64,000 bases of DNA. Source: Azolla caroliniana (lineage: Eukaryota > Plantae > Polypodiophyta). Shown here in pieces: positions 1-10,470 of this stretch. Positions within the stretch are counted from its first letter, which is position 1; each line of letters starts with the position of its first letter. The translations under genes and the position numbers were made by a program. Location of the stretch: assembly GCA_043228905.1 (NCBI GenBank), contig JBHGNT010000010.1, forward strand, positions 7,750,001-7,814,000, read 5' to 3'. The notes under the pieces are model-generated. The model saw nothing but the letters and a program-made list of their open reading frames with translations, did not search any database and had not been told where the DNA came from.

Positions 1-1343
1 CGTAGCCATTGACTGTCAGTGCCTTTTTGTCGTGCCGGTTCTGGTTGTGGCGTGACCTCTGTTCTCGTTGGAAGCCCTTTTTGGATTGTTGACTGCAGCG
101 ACAACTCCTACTCTTGTGGTGCTTGCTGCCCCGGTGAGGTAGGCAATTCAATTACCGGTTCTTGGACCACCGGCACTGCTGCTTCTTGCTGCACATGTAG
201 CTCTTCAATCGGTTCTAGTTGAACCGGTTCCACCTCCTTCCTTGGCTCCAGTCCCTCAGAGCGGGGTGTCGGTGCACTGTCTTTCACCGGACCCGATTCG
301 TCCCCCTTCTACTCCGCATCGCTACGCTTCTAGCAACATAGGAGGTTTTCGGCGGGGTCTTCTTCTGCCTCCTCCTCTTGGGTCCTGATATTGATCTTCA
401 TTGCCAAGGGGTCCGCCTCTTGTTCCTGCCGGCGCAGCTTGATTTTCAGAGGCCATACTAGTGGCTCTACCGATGTCTCTGTCTCTACTTGCCTCTTTCG
501 GCTAAGCGGTTCTTTCCCTTGCTCCGAGGTACTGCCCTCTTTCCAACCAGGCGTGTGCTTGGCCAGAAGTTGTTGTTGTTTTGAAGGTTTGTTAGGCGTG
601 GTCTCTGTTACTCAAACCCTCTTCTTAGTCCTTACCGGCTCCACCGGTGGCGCCAAAAGAGTCAGCCATTGAGCCATGACCACCCATAATTTCTTGTCGT
701 TCTGGACTGATTCTATCACTGTCCGCAAACAATCGGCGATGATTACTGACCAATCCACTTGCACCCATGTGTACGTAGCAATGATGAAACCGGCTTTGTT
801 CTTTAGCATTGACGGGGGTCAGGGGTACACAAACCCATACTCTTGGAGGACACGAGCCACTTCTCTGAACAGGGGGTCCTCACCGCCCTGTGTCCGGTGA
901 GCCTTACTAGCGAGGGAATACTCGCCAAAAAACTTCGTTAGTGTTTCAGGAGAAGGGTTCTCAATCGAGTAGATACCCCCTTCCGGTAGTCCGATTAGCG
1001 CGCGGATGGTTTCCTCCGTTATGACCTCCATGTCGATTTTCTGCACAACTTCTTCTGCTTCATCGTGCAGCGGTGCCTCTACTATCCTCGGGAAGCCTCT
1101 CAACCCATGTTGGTTGAACCACTTCTTGGCTGTTTCGGAAAGTGCCATAGGTTCCATCTCGTCATCTAGTTCTGCGAGGGTAGGTAGGGCCGATGTGCTT
1201 GTTTGTGCTTCTTGCGTCCGTTTGCTCACTTGTATTGTCCTTTGTACACTCAGTGCTCTGTGTTCGCGAAATGAAAGAGACTCTACGAGGAGGAGGTTTC
1301 GTGTTCCCATGCTTGGCGCCTTTCTCGATGCCCTCGCATGCAC
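1..1343 (-). pseudogene. Additional ORF downstream of Gypsy integrase (unknown function), disrupted
   Basis: ORF 819-1343 (KKWFNQHGLRGFPRIVEAPLH...FFGEYSLASKAHRT) aligns by eye with ORF 51877-52479 (RRWLVEKRLDGYIRVAEAPPH...YFGPHSSFTKAYRT). It continues via 612-809 into an acidic low-complexity region. Confidence 0.7.
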
Positions 1344-3504
1344 GTCGTGTACTATAATAGCAACTATGTGACACGTGGTGCGCTTTAACTAGGCTTTAAA
1401 TAGCCACTACACCTTTTCGAGGTGTCCGTTCGTTCCTCGCCTCTGCATGATGATCTCTTTTCTTTTTCTTTTTTTCTTTTAGTTCCAATTACCCGGTAAC
1501 CCCGGCTCCCTTGTCTGTTGTTCTTCATGGTTGCCGGCCAACTGCTTGCCATTGCCTATTTCCGCATTGTTCTCCAGTTGATGAAACAAGTTCTGAGGCA
1601 TGGGTCCATAATATGGTTTAAGTCAGAACCCATTTACCCACTTGTCCAGCACCTCACTGGCTAGCGTTCCCAGTTGATATGAGCCGTTGAACTCTCGCGT
1701 TATCCAATATGGTCCAGTCCACCAGAACTGTAGCTTCCCTGGCATCTTGCCCATCTGGGTCTGGAACACTAGTACTGGCTTGCTGATGCCAAACATCTTC
1801 TCATTACCCTTCCGGTGGAGGTCGACGAATGCTTTCCTTCGTTGTTGCTCGAGTTCCATCTGCATTAGGCTCGCTATTCGGTGCTCCTCCAGCTCGCATA
1901 GTGCTGCTAACCGGATTTTTTCCAACTCCTTCTCGCTCAGCCACTCCCAGACCCATATCCGTAAGCTTGGAATCTAGAACTCAATTGGCATCACCGCTTC
2001 GAGACCAAATGTTAACCGGAATGGTGTTGTCCGGATACTTGTTTTGTATGCCATCCGGTAAGCCCATAACGCGTTGTGCAGGTTTGTATCCCAATTGGTT
2101 CGGTTCTCATTGACAATCTTCCGGAGATTGTTCTGCAGAGTTTTATTGGTGGACTCGGCCAATACATTGGCCTGCAGGTAATAAGGGGTGCTTCACTTGT
2201 GTACGACCGCATAAAATGTTGTTAGGCTTTCCACCACATGGCCGAGGAAGTGTCCACCTTGGTCGCTGATTAATTCGATTGGACATCCATACCGGCACCA
2301 GATGTACTCGTACAGGAACTTTGTCGTTGACGTCGCGGTATTGTCCCGTAATGCCTTGGCTTCCACCCATTTTGTATAGTAATATGTGGCGACAATTATG
2401 TACCTGTTGCCGGTTCACATTTCTGATGGCTTGAATGGTCCAACGAAGTCCAGCCCCCATTTCGGGAATGGCTCTAGAGGTAGTACCGGCTGGTGCAGCA
2501 TGTGCGCTTGTTCCATTGGCTAGCCCATTCTTTGACACAGATCACATTCCTTCGTATATCAGACCGAGTCCTTTAGTGTCGTTGGCCACCATAGGCCGTT
2601 GGGCCATATTTTCCTTGCCATAGCTTCACCGGCATAATGTCCTCCAGCGACCCCACAATGCGCTTCCCGTAAAATGGTGTCTTTTTCATCACTCCAGACC
2701 GCTCACCACCATATGTCGTCCGCTCCTTTATGATACAATGTATCCTGCACTAGACAAAAGTGTCGGCTTTGCACCGCCAACCATTTACGTTCATCCCGGT
2801 TCATCTCCTCTGGGGGTAGTCCGGTGCTTAAGAACTAGTGCATATTCGTTAGCCATTTGTCCTCGTTCGCGATTGTCCCATCTATCGTGGTTTCCACTAT
2901 AATTTTAAACAATGCTGCATCCGGAAATTCATCTTGAACACCGTCACCGGTTTCTCTGGATTCTAGCTAGCTCAAGTAATCGGCAACCACATGTTGTATA
3001 CCCGGCCGATGATAGATCTCAAATTCAAATTCTTGTAATAATAATGTCCACTGGGCCAGCTTGCCGGTGAGTGATGTCTTCGAGACCAAGTATAAAAGCG
3101 TTGAATGGTCTACATGGAATGAAAACTTGCGGCCCAACAAATAATGTCGGTATTTGGTGACACTGTATATCATTCCTAGAGCTTCTCTTTCCGTAGTGGA
3201 ATAATTCCGCTCCGCCTTTGACAGCTTCCGGCTAGCATAGTACACCGGTCAGTACCACTTCGGTTCGGTAAGTTGCATGAGTACGCAGCCGATTGCAATA
3301 TCCGACGCGTCCACGAAGACATGGAACTCTTTTGACCAGTCCAGGGGTTGTACCACTGGTGCTTGTGACAGCATTACCTTGAGTGTGCGGTAAGCCTTGT
3401 CCTCTTCATCCGTCCAATTAAACGGTGTCTGGTGTACAGCTGTGTGTAGTGGCGTGGCGAGGTCTGCCAAGTACCGGAGCATCCGGCTATGCCATCGGAT
3501 CTGG
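1..3504 (-). mobile_element. Degenerate non-chromovirus Ty3/Gypsy internal region (RT end, RNase H, integrase, extra 3' ORF); continues off the left edge
   Basis: Minus-strand ORF fragments: FHVFVDASDIAIG (3249-3482) and YYASRKLSKAERNYSTTEREALG (2967-3245) = RNase H; AESTNKTLQ..LHNALWAYR (1974-2162) and GKLQFWWTGPY (1623-1925) = integrase, in Gypsy order RH then INT. Many stops and frameshifts. Fused to Copia RNase H at ~3504/3505. Confidence 0.9.
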
Positions 3505-5060
3505 CAGATCCTTCAGGAGCCTCTTGAGCCATATGGCTTCGCATGTCATGACAAGCACTCCTCGGCACTCGGCCTCCTCAACGTTGTTACTGCCGGTTGC
3601 TTCTTACTGCTCCAGGCGATCACGGAGCTTCCAAGTGAAAATGCATATCTGGATGTAGACCTACGGTCGCTGGCATTTCCGACCCAATTTGCATCCATGT
3701 AGCCGACAAGTTGTCCGGCTACACCGGCCCGATATAGAAACCCCCGATCCTTAGCGCTGCTAACATATCTCAAGATTCGATGCATGCACTGAAGGTGCTC
3801 CACGGTTGGATGCGCCATAAATTGACTAATCAATCCGGCCAGATAGTTGAGATCCGTCCAGGTGATGGTCAGATATATTAGTCTTCTTACTATCTATCAG
3901 AACCTTTTCGGGTCGCATGCCATTCTGGAGTCGGGGCGGAGCTTCACATTCCGGTCTAGTGGAGTCAAGACAGATTTGCATTCTGTCATACCGAATTTGA
4001 AGAGCATACTCAACACATAATGCCGCTAACTGATCAGTATGCCTTCCAGGGTGCGAATCATTTCAATCCCGAGGAAGTAATGAAGGTTGCCGAGATCATT
4101 CATTTCAAACGATGCCGCAAGCTGGGATTTGACGCGACCTATTTCATCCAGGTCGGGGCCGGCGATGACAAGATCATCCACATGGACAACTATGTTGACC
4201 GGTATGATCCAACCTTGTCAGATGAAAAGTGAAGAGTCCGATTTCGATGAAGCAAACCCCATCCGACGCAGTCTTTGCGTGATCTTCACGTTCCAGGCAC
4301 ATGGGGCTTGCTTGATTCCGTAGAGGGACTTCTTCAATTGGCACACTATTGATGTATTCACTCCGGACTGAAATCTGGGGGTTGAGCCATAAACACATGT
4401 TCCTCAAGATCGCCTTGCAAGAACGCTTTTATCATATCCATTTGATGTAGATGTCACCCCTTCGCCGTTGCCACCGCAAGCAAGACAAGGATGGTCATCA
4501 TCTTCACGACCGGCGCAAACGTCTCATCATAATCGATGTCGTGCTGTTGCACGTAGGCCTTGGCCACTAACTGGGCCTTATACTTGTTGACGGAGCCATC
4601 GGTGTTGCATTTAACCTTGTATACCCACCGGCAACCAATCGGCTTTACTCCTTTCAGTACATCCACTAAATCCCACGTCTCATTTTCCGTGAGTGCGTGC
4701 ATCTCTTCCTCCATAGAGGCACACCAATTTGCATCCTTCGCCGCTTCTACGTAGCTCTCCGACTCATGCACTGCCGCCACTTTCGTCATGTATGCATAAT
4801 GATGCACCATATACTCATTATACCCGTACCTCTTTATGGAATTCTTCTGGCGAGCCAATTGGCGCACTTTCTGCTCTACCAATTTCTTGGCCTTCTTGGC
4901 CGACTCAGACTTCTCTTCCGAAGGCCCTTCTTCGATCCATCTGGAATCGGATTCGCTCTTATCCGACTCGTCTCTGCCGGTGGCATATTCCGATATCTTC
5001 TTCTTCCCCTTTTCCTTGCATGTGAACCGTCTCCTCAGTTCCTTGCGCGGGGAGAGCATG

Positions 5061-5312
5061 GCACATGCACATATGCAATGTTGTCGAATATCTTAAGGTG
5101 CCTTAAATTCGGCTTCCACCCGAAATACAGCTTTCTCCGCTTCTCATCCGGCACCTGCACATATGCAATGTTGCCGAATATCTTAAGGTGCCTTAAATTC
5201 GGCTTCCGCCCGAAATACAGTTTTCTCCACTTCTCATCCGACACCTGCACATATGCAATGTTGCCAAATATCTTAAGGTGCCTTAAATTCGGCTTCCACT
5301 CGAAATATAGCT
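5061..5312. repeat. 90-bp tandem triplication inside Copia integrase
   Basis: Units at 5061, 5151 and 5241 (third partial); in-frame peptide LYFxxKPNLRHLKIFxNIAYV repeated three times in ORF 5035-5556. Confidence 0.95.
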
Positions 5313-7444
5313 CGTGTGCTGACACCTTATCCTTGATCCAGTTTTGGATGTAGATGGCCGTCCGAACCGCTTTGGCCAAGTAGAACTTGGGCATGCTCTT
5401 CTCCTTCAACATTGCTCGTGCTACCTCCACAATCGACCGATTCTTCCTTTCGGCCACACCATTTTGTTCCGGTGTGTATCTGCAACTGAATTCTCTCTGA
5501 ATTCCCATTTTGCAGATAACTGTTGAATTGGCCGGAAAAGTATTCTTTTCCGCCATCCGACCGCAAGCACTTGATCTTCCTTTCCATTTCTCGTTTGACT
5601 AAACTCTACAAGTTCCGGAAATAATCGAAAACTTCACTTTTCTTCTCGATGAGGTAGATCCACATGTGTCGGTTGTAATCGTCGATGAAGGAGACGAAAT
5701 ATTGGCTCCCCCCAAGACTAACGTTCTGTGTCGGTTCCCATATATCCGAATGTATTAGATCGAGCTTGTTACGACTCCGGTTTCTTTCGGTGGGGAATGG
5801 AAACCGGTGTTGCTTCCCAAGCTGGCAGGCTTCACATACTTGGGCCTTCCGGCCACTGAGTTTCGGCAATCCGAAAACAACTTGTTTTGATTGTAGGTCC
5901 GGAAGCCTTCGATAGTTGACGTGGCCGATCTACTTGTGTTAGAGATCGATGTCTGATTCAATCTTCTGTCCTTTGGCAAACAAGGCGGTGTCGAAGTCGT
6001 TGGTGTCAAGGATGAACATCCTCCCGTCCCGGCGCCATTGTGCAATAATCTGGCCCTCTTCTTCAATGAAGCACCCGGGGTGCTTAAACCGCACCCACAT
6101 CCCCTAGTCGACGATTTGCTCGACCGACACCAAGTTCTTTGTGATTGTCGAAACATGTAGCATGTTCATCAGTTTTCCCTTTTGTCTGACATGGCTTAAA
6201 GGGACTTCTCTGACATGCATGATGGTGAGGAGTGTCGTCTCCGGTTTTGACAACTCCCGGTGGCTCTAGCTTTTCCAGAAACGAGAACCACTCTTTGTGG
6301 CTCATCATGTGGTTAGATGCTCCGGAGTCAACGTACCACTCTTCCTCCGATCCGGAAGTGATCTTCTTCATTGAGTTCGCCTTGTGCTTCATCACAAAGG
6401 TTGACCCTTGTCCGGTCTTACCAGTACTGGATCCTTCCTATCCTTAAGCGTAGTGCGAACTTTGTCGGTTTCCTCGATTGGCCTTGTTGTATCCGGATTT
6501 GTCCAAATTGGCACGCTTCTTCCAGCACTCAATCTCTCTATGGTCATTCCATCCACAGTACCAACACTCCGTTGCAGTCTTCTCTTGACGGTTTCCAACA
6601 CCGTCTTGACTCCCCCTACTTGTGTAGGGTTCGAAACTATTGTCGGCACTTTGTGCCTCCGGTTCTACTCTTGTCGACCGCCTCCATTGTGTGCCTACCC
6701 ACCTCTTCCTCCACGCCCATGGGGTTGATCCGCCTCCATGTACAGCATCCGGTAGTCCGATTGAATGGTCCTTGACCCATTCGCGTCGATTGCATGTCAA
6801 AGAAGGACGATGGCTTCTCCCAGGTGCAAATTGCTATCCGGATTGGCCCGTACCGTTGTGCTAGACCACAGAGGCAAATTTGGATCATCTCGTCATCGTC
6901 CACTGTCACATTGATGGAATCAAGCGTGTCGCAAATTCCTTGATCTTGGTGGTGTAGTAGATGACCGACATGTCCTGTTGTTGGATACTGTTAAGCTCTT
7001 GCTGGAGCTGCAACTTCCGAGCCATGGTACTTGCGGCGAATATCTTCTGGAGATTTTCCCAGGCCTCCTTTGGTGATTTTGCATCCCTGATGTAGCCAAG
7101 TATCTGGTCGTGCACACAGGATGCAAGACAATACAATACTCTAGTCGCTCCTTGTTCCCAAACTGGGAAGTCCTTGTGTGTTAAATCCGGCGCTGCTACA
7201 TTTGCTCCTTCCATGTAGCTCCAGTATCTGTGCCCCAGCAGGTACTGGTGCATTTTATACAACCAGGACGCATAGTTGCTCCGGTCGAACTTTTCTGTTG
7301 GAAGTGAGCTCATCATGCTTCTGTCCATACCTTCTCTTTTCGGTTTGTTCTTTTACCGGTGGTTAGGGTTTGTCTTCAGAAAAAAAAAAAAAAAAAAAAA
7401 GCTTGTCAGCAACAAAGGTTCTCAACCCTCACACTCTGATACCA

Positions 7445-7878
7445 TGTCAAAGTTAATATGCAGAAGCTTTGACAAACTGGTTTATCCGGATACCAACAGA
7501 AAATAGAAAATGAAGGTTTAATGGAAGCTTAAACAACAGAGAATACACATGAGAGACAAAGAGAGTAGAAAGCATAAACTCAATTCAAAATAATAACGCT
7601 CTATACATATAGTATGCTCAGTGAGCACTTTTATACAAGTCCTTACACGGACTGACAGAAGTACTAACAAGTACTTCAATGCTCATACGAGCGCCTGACA
7701 TTGACTCCTAAAAATATGCCTACGTACTAGGCTAGATTCGCAGGCCTCTAACGGCCTACCTGTTACAATCCAATCCGGCTCCTGGTTCCGGACACCGATC
7801 CGGTTCTCTGTTCCGGATACCGATACAACTCAAGCTTATTCAGTCGATCCGGATCTGGTTGAGCTTGTCCGCTCAACA
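7445..7878 (-). repeat. 5' LTR of the minus-strand Copia
   Basis: Minus strand reads TGTTGAG...TTTGACA and is directly followed by the tRNA-iMet PBS. The right flank resumes a different Copia RT. Confidence 0.85.
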
Positions 7879-8761
7879 CACATTGTTCGGGATCGAACAA
7901 AGAAACTACTATGGTTGTCACAGGAGAACTACGTGACAAAGGTGCTCCAGAGATTCAACATGTAAGACATGAAGCCAATCAACTCGACACTGCCCACAAA
8001 CAGTAAGTTGTCCCGGAAGTCAATGTCTGAAGACAAAAGCGGAGAAGTTGAGATGATGAAGGTCCCCTATGCCTCAGTAGTCGGAAGCCTAATGTATGCA
8101 ATGGTATGTACTAGGCCGGACATTGGATACGCAGTTGGAGTCGTTAGCCAATTCATGAGCAACCCAAGCAAGGAACATTGAACGGTAGTCAAATGGATAC
8201 TTCAATTCCTGAGAGGCACCTCAAGCATGTGTCTTCAACTCGGCTCAAGTAACCCCACACTGGAAGGTTATACTCATTCAGACATGTCAGCTAATGCAAA
8301 TACTAGCCGATCCATGTTGAGATACGTAATGACCTATGTCGGGGGAGCTATATCGTGGCAGTCGAGGCTGCAGGAGGTCGTGGCACTGTCGACCACGGAA
8401 GCCGAGTATATGGCTATAGTGGAAGCCAACAAGGAAATAATATGGATGAAGGGGTTTATCCGAGAGTTGGGAATTCAGCAAGAGGAATTTTGACTCTACT
8501 GCGATAATCAGAGTGCCATCCACCTTGCGAAGAATGTCACCTACCACTCAAGGACCAAGCACATCCAAAGGAGATACCATTGGCTTCGAGAGTGAGTAGA
8601 AGAAAAGGAGTTTGCTCTGATGAAGATCCACACGGATGAAAACGGAGCAAATATGCTGACAAAGGTGTTGTTGGTCGAGAAGCTGAATGTGTGCGGACAA
8701 AGGGTCAAATTGATGAAGTACCCCATGCCGGAGTGAAGGGGGATTTTGTTGGGAAAACCGG

Positions 8762-8783
8762 TTTAGGGTTTAGGGTTTAGGGT
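8762..8783 (+). repeat. Plant telomeric repeat (TTTAGGG)3
   Basis: TTTAGGGTTTAGGGTTTAGGGT read directly. Confidence 0.95.
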
Positions 8784-9189
8784 ATTCCTCTAATTTTCCT
8801 ATGATCACCCCACCTCTTGCCCTATTATCACTCTACCCCTCCCTCTTTTAGTGATTTTCTCCTACCCCTCCCCCTTTCATTCTTCTTAATCTCACTCTAC
8901 CCTTTCCTCCTCCACTTTAATTTCCAATCTACCCTCCAATTGTTCTCAATTTAGCTTCCTACCCTTGCCCTCTCATACCCCCCTCTTGTTTTCAAAGATC
9001 TCCATACAATCTTTTCATACACACCAATATACTTCACCCTCCCTAACTCCCACATCACACACTTCTCTTCTACCCTTCCTCTCTCTTTCTCTCTCACACT
9101 CCCTTACTTGTTTTCAAATAAGCCCATAAAATCTTTTATCCCACACCAAATATATCAACCCCCATACCTCCCACATCATCAAATTTGAA

Positions 9190-9230
<41 letters not shown>

Positions 9231-9241
9231 CTTATCTTCCC

Positions 9242-9249
9242 TATATAAA
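9242..9249 (+). promoter_or_regulatory. TATA box upstream of hammerhead
   Basis: TATATAAA ending 16 nt before the start of ribozyme stem I and ~30 nt before the CTGATGA core. Confidence 0.5.
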
Positions 9250-9264
9250 CCCCTCAAATTCTAC

Positions 9265-9322
9265 ATGGTCATGTGCACTGATGAGCTCTTTAAGAGCGAA
9301 ACTAGTTTGCCACATCGACCAT
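9265..9322 (+). ncRNA. Minimal type I hammerhead ribozyme
   Basis: Core CTGATGA (9278-9284); stem II GCTC-tttaa-GAGC (9285-9297); GAAA (9298-9301); palindromic stem III AAACTAGTTT; cleavage triplet GUU (9305-9307); stem I ATGGTC-ATGTG-CA pairs with TG-c-CACAT-c-GACCAT. Confidence 0.88.
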
Positions 9323-9410
9323 TCCTTTGTATTACCTTTTAAGTTTGTTAATATGAATTAGTTTTTAGTGTATCTCTCTCTCTAAACTTTGTACATATAT
9401 ATCTTTCTCA

Positions 9411-9468
<58 letters not shown>

Positions 9469-9573
9469 ACTCATATTTCTCTTCTTTCACTCTCATTCTC
9501 CCTCACATACACCCACCCACCGATTGTATACCGCTCGCACTCCTTGTATCGACCTCACGGTCTAAAACTCACG

Positions 9574-9593
9574 AACCCTAAACCCTAAACCCT
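9574..9593 (-). repeat. Plant telomeric repeat, reverse orientation (CCCTAAA)n
   Basis: AACCCTAAACCCTAAACCCT read directly. Confidence 0.93.
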
Positions 9594-10182
9594 CCCTCCA
9601 GATGGGAAGATTATGAGCCAAATCAAATCGAGAGCTGACAGAAAATTCAGCCGAGGCCGAAAATCAACAAATCGATTTAATAGCCGATTCAGGAGGCTAT
9701 ATTTGTAAATAGTCTGAATGTGCCCATTGGGACTATATTTGTAAATACCCCTGAAAGTTGTATTAGTATAAATATAACTAGGGCAAACCCGATGAGATAG
9801 AATCATTATAGTGAATAATTAGTGCAGTTGTATATGGTTGTATAGTTGGAGAAGGTAGTTGCCTATATAACTAGACAAGAGTGAGAGTGAGAGTGAGAGT
9901 GAGAGTGGGTGTAACTCTGTAGCCGTTAGTCAAGGAAGAAGAGGTCAAGGTCGTTGCCTTGAATCCTCTTGTTGTACTCCTCCCCTTATAGTGATTCAGT
10001 TTGGAGTTTGTGGACTCCACATGGTTTTTCCCATTCGAGTTTTCCACATTAGAAATGCACGTGTCTCTATACTTTCTGTTTTCTGATTTCTGTTTTCTGT
10101 TTTGTCTGTACACTATCTTTCAAGTTCTTTGCACCCGCATTCTCATACGAAGAAACCAGTTGTGGTTGGATCGATTCTCAAG

Positions 10183-10470
10183 GTAGCAAACTATAACAGA
10201 TTTTAAGAGTAAAGGCAACCTAATCAGAGACAAGATCAGAGAGAAAAACAAGGAGCAGAGAAACACCAAAGTAGACACAAGGTAATGTAAGTGTATTATT
10301 CTCTCAAAGTTACAATGGCACAGTGTATGAAAAGAACAACCCTAAAACTAGGTTACAAAAGTCGGTTTAAATACTGACTAACTTAGGGCAAGTGCCCTTT
10401 GCAGTATTTACAGAAATAACCTAAACCTAGTGTGCCCAATGGGACAATGTGAATACGACCATTATATACC
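10183..10470 (-). repeat. Possible LTR fragment
   Basis: Composition and layout resemble a minus-strand LTR (A/G-rich stretch, TTACA, TTTAAATA). Termini not resolved. Confidence 0.3.

Larger units (their letters stand above)
3505..7878 (-). mobile_element. Degenerate Ty1/Copia element (5' LTR, PBS, gag, PR, INT, RT, partial RH), 3'-truncated
   Basis: gag 6906-7328, zinc knuckle CWYCGWNDHREIEC, protease WYVDSGASNHM, integrase (5035-5869), RT KPIGCRWVYKVK...DYDETFAPV (4454-), RH YMDANWVG..RRSTS..WSSKKQ. PBS TGGTATCAGAG at 7444-7434. Confidence 0.92.
8762..9593 (+). mobile_element. Telomere-repeat-bounded, hammerhead-containing insertion (putative non-autonomous Penelope-like element)
   Basis: Interrupts the Copia LTR at AAAACCGGT|CCCTCCAG; related LTRs at 45623 and 61992 read ...GGTCCCT... 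uninterrupted. Left end (TTTAGGG)3, right end AACCCTAAACCCTAAACCCT. Internal TATA, hammerhead and (CT)n tracts; no ORF. Confidence 0.75.
7879..10181 (+). mobile_element. 3' half of an older Tork/Tnt1-like Copia (RT end, RNase H, PPT, 3' LTR from 8747)
   Basis: VPYASVVGSLMYAMVCTRPDIGYAVGVVS and ISWQSRLQ..ALSTTEAEY are collinear with 49470-50327. PPT GAAGGGGGA at ~8735-8743. LTR starts TGTTGGGAAAACCGG (8747) and resumes CCCTCCAGATGGG at 9594. Right boundary is approximate. Confidence 0.88.

Noticed and set aside
8762-9593. True chromosome end or end-to-end telomere fusion
   Set aside because: Only about 3 repeats per side, ~790 bp of non-telomeric sequence between them, and the same LTR continues on both flanks.
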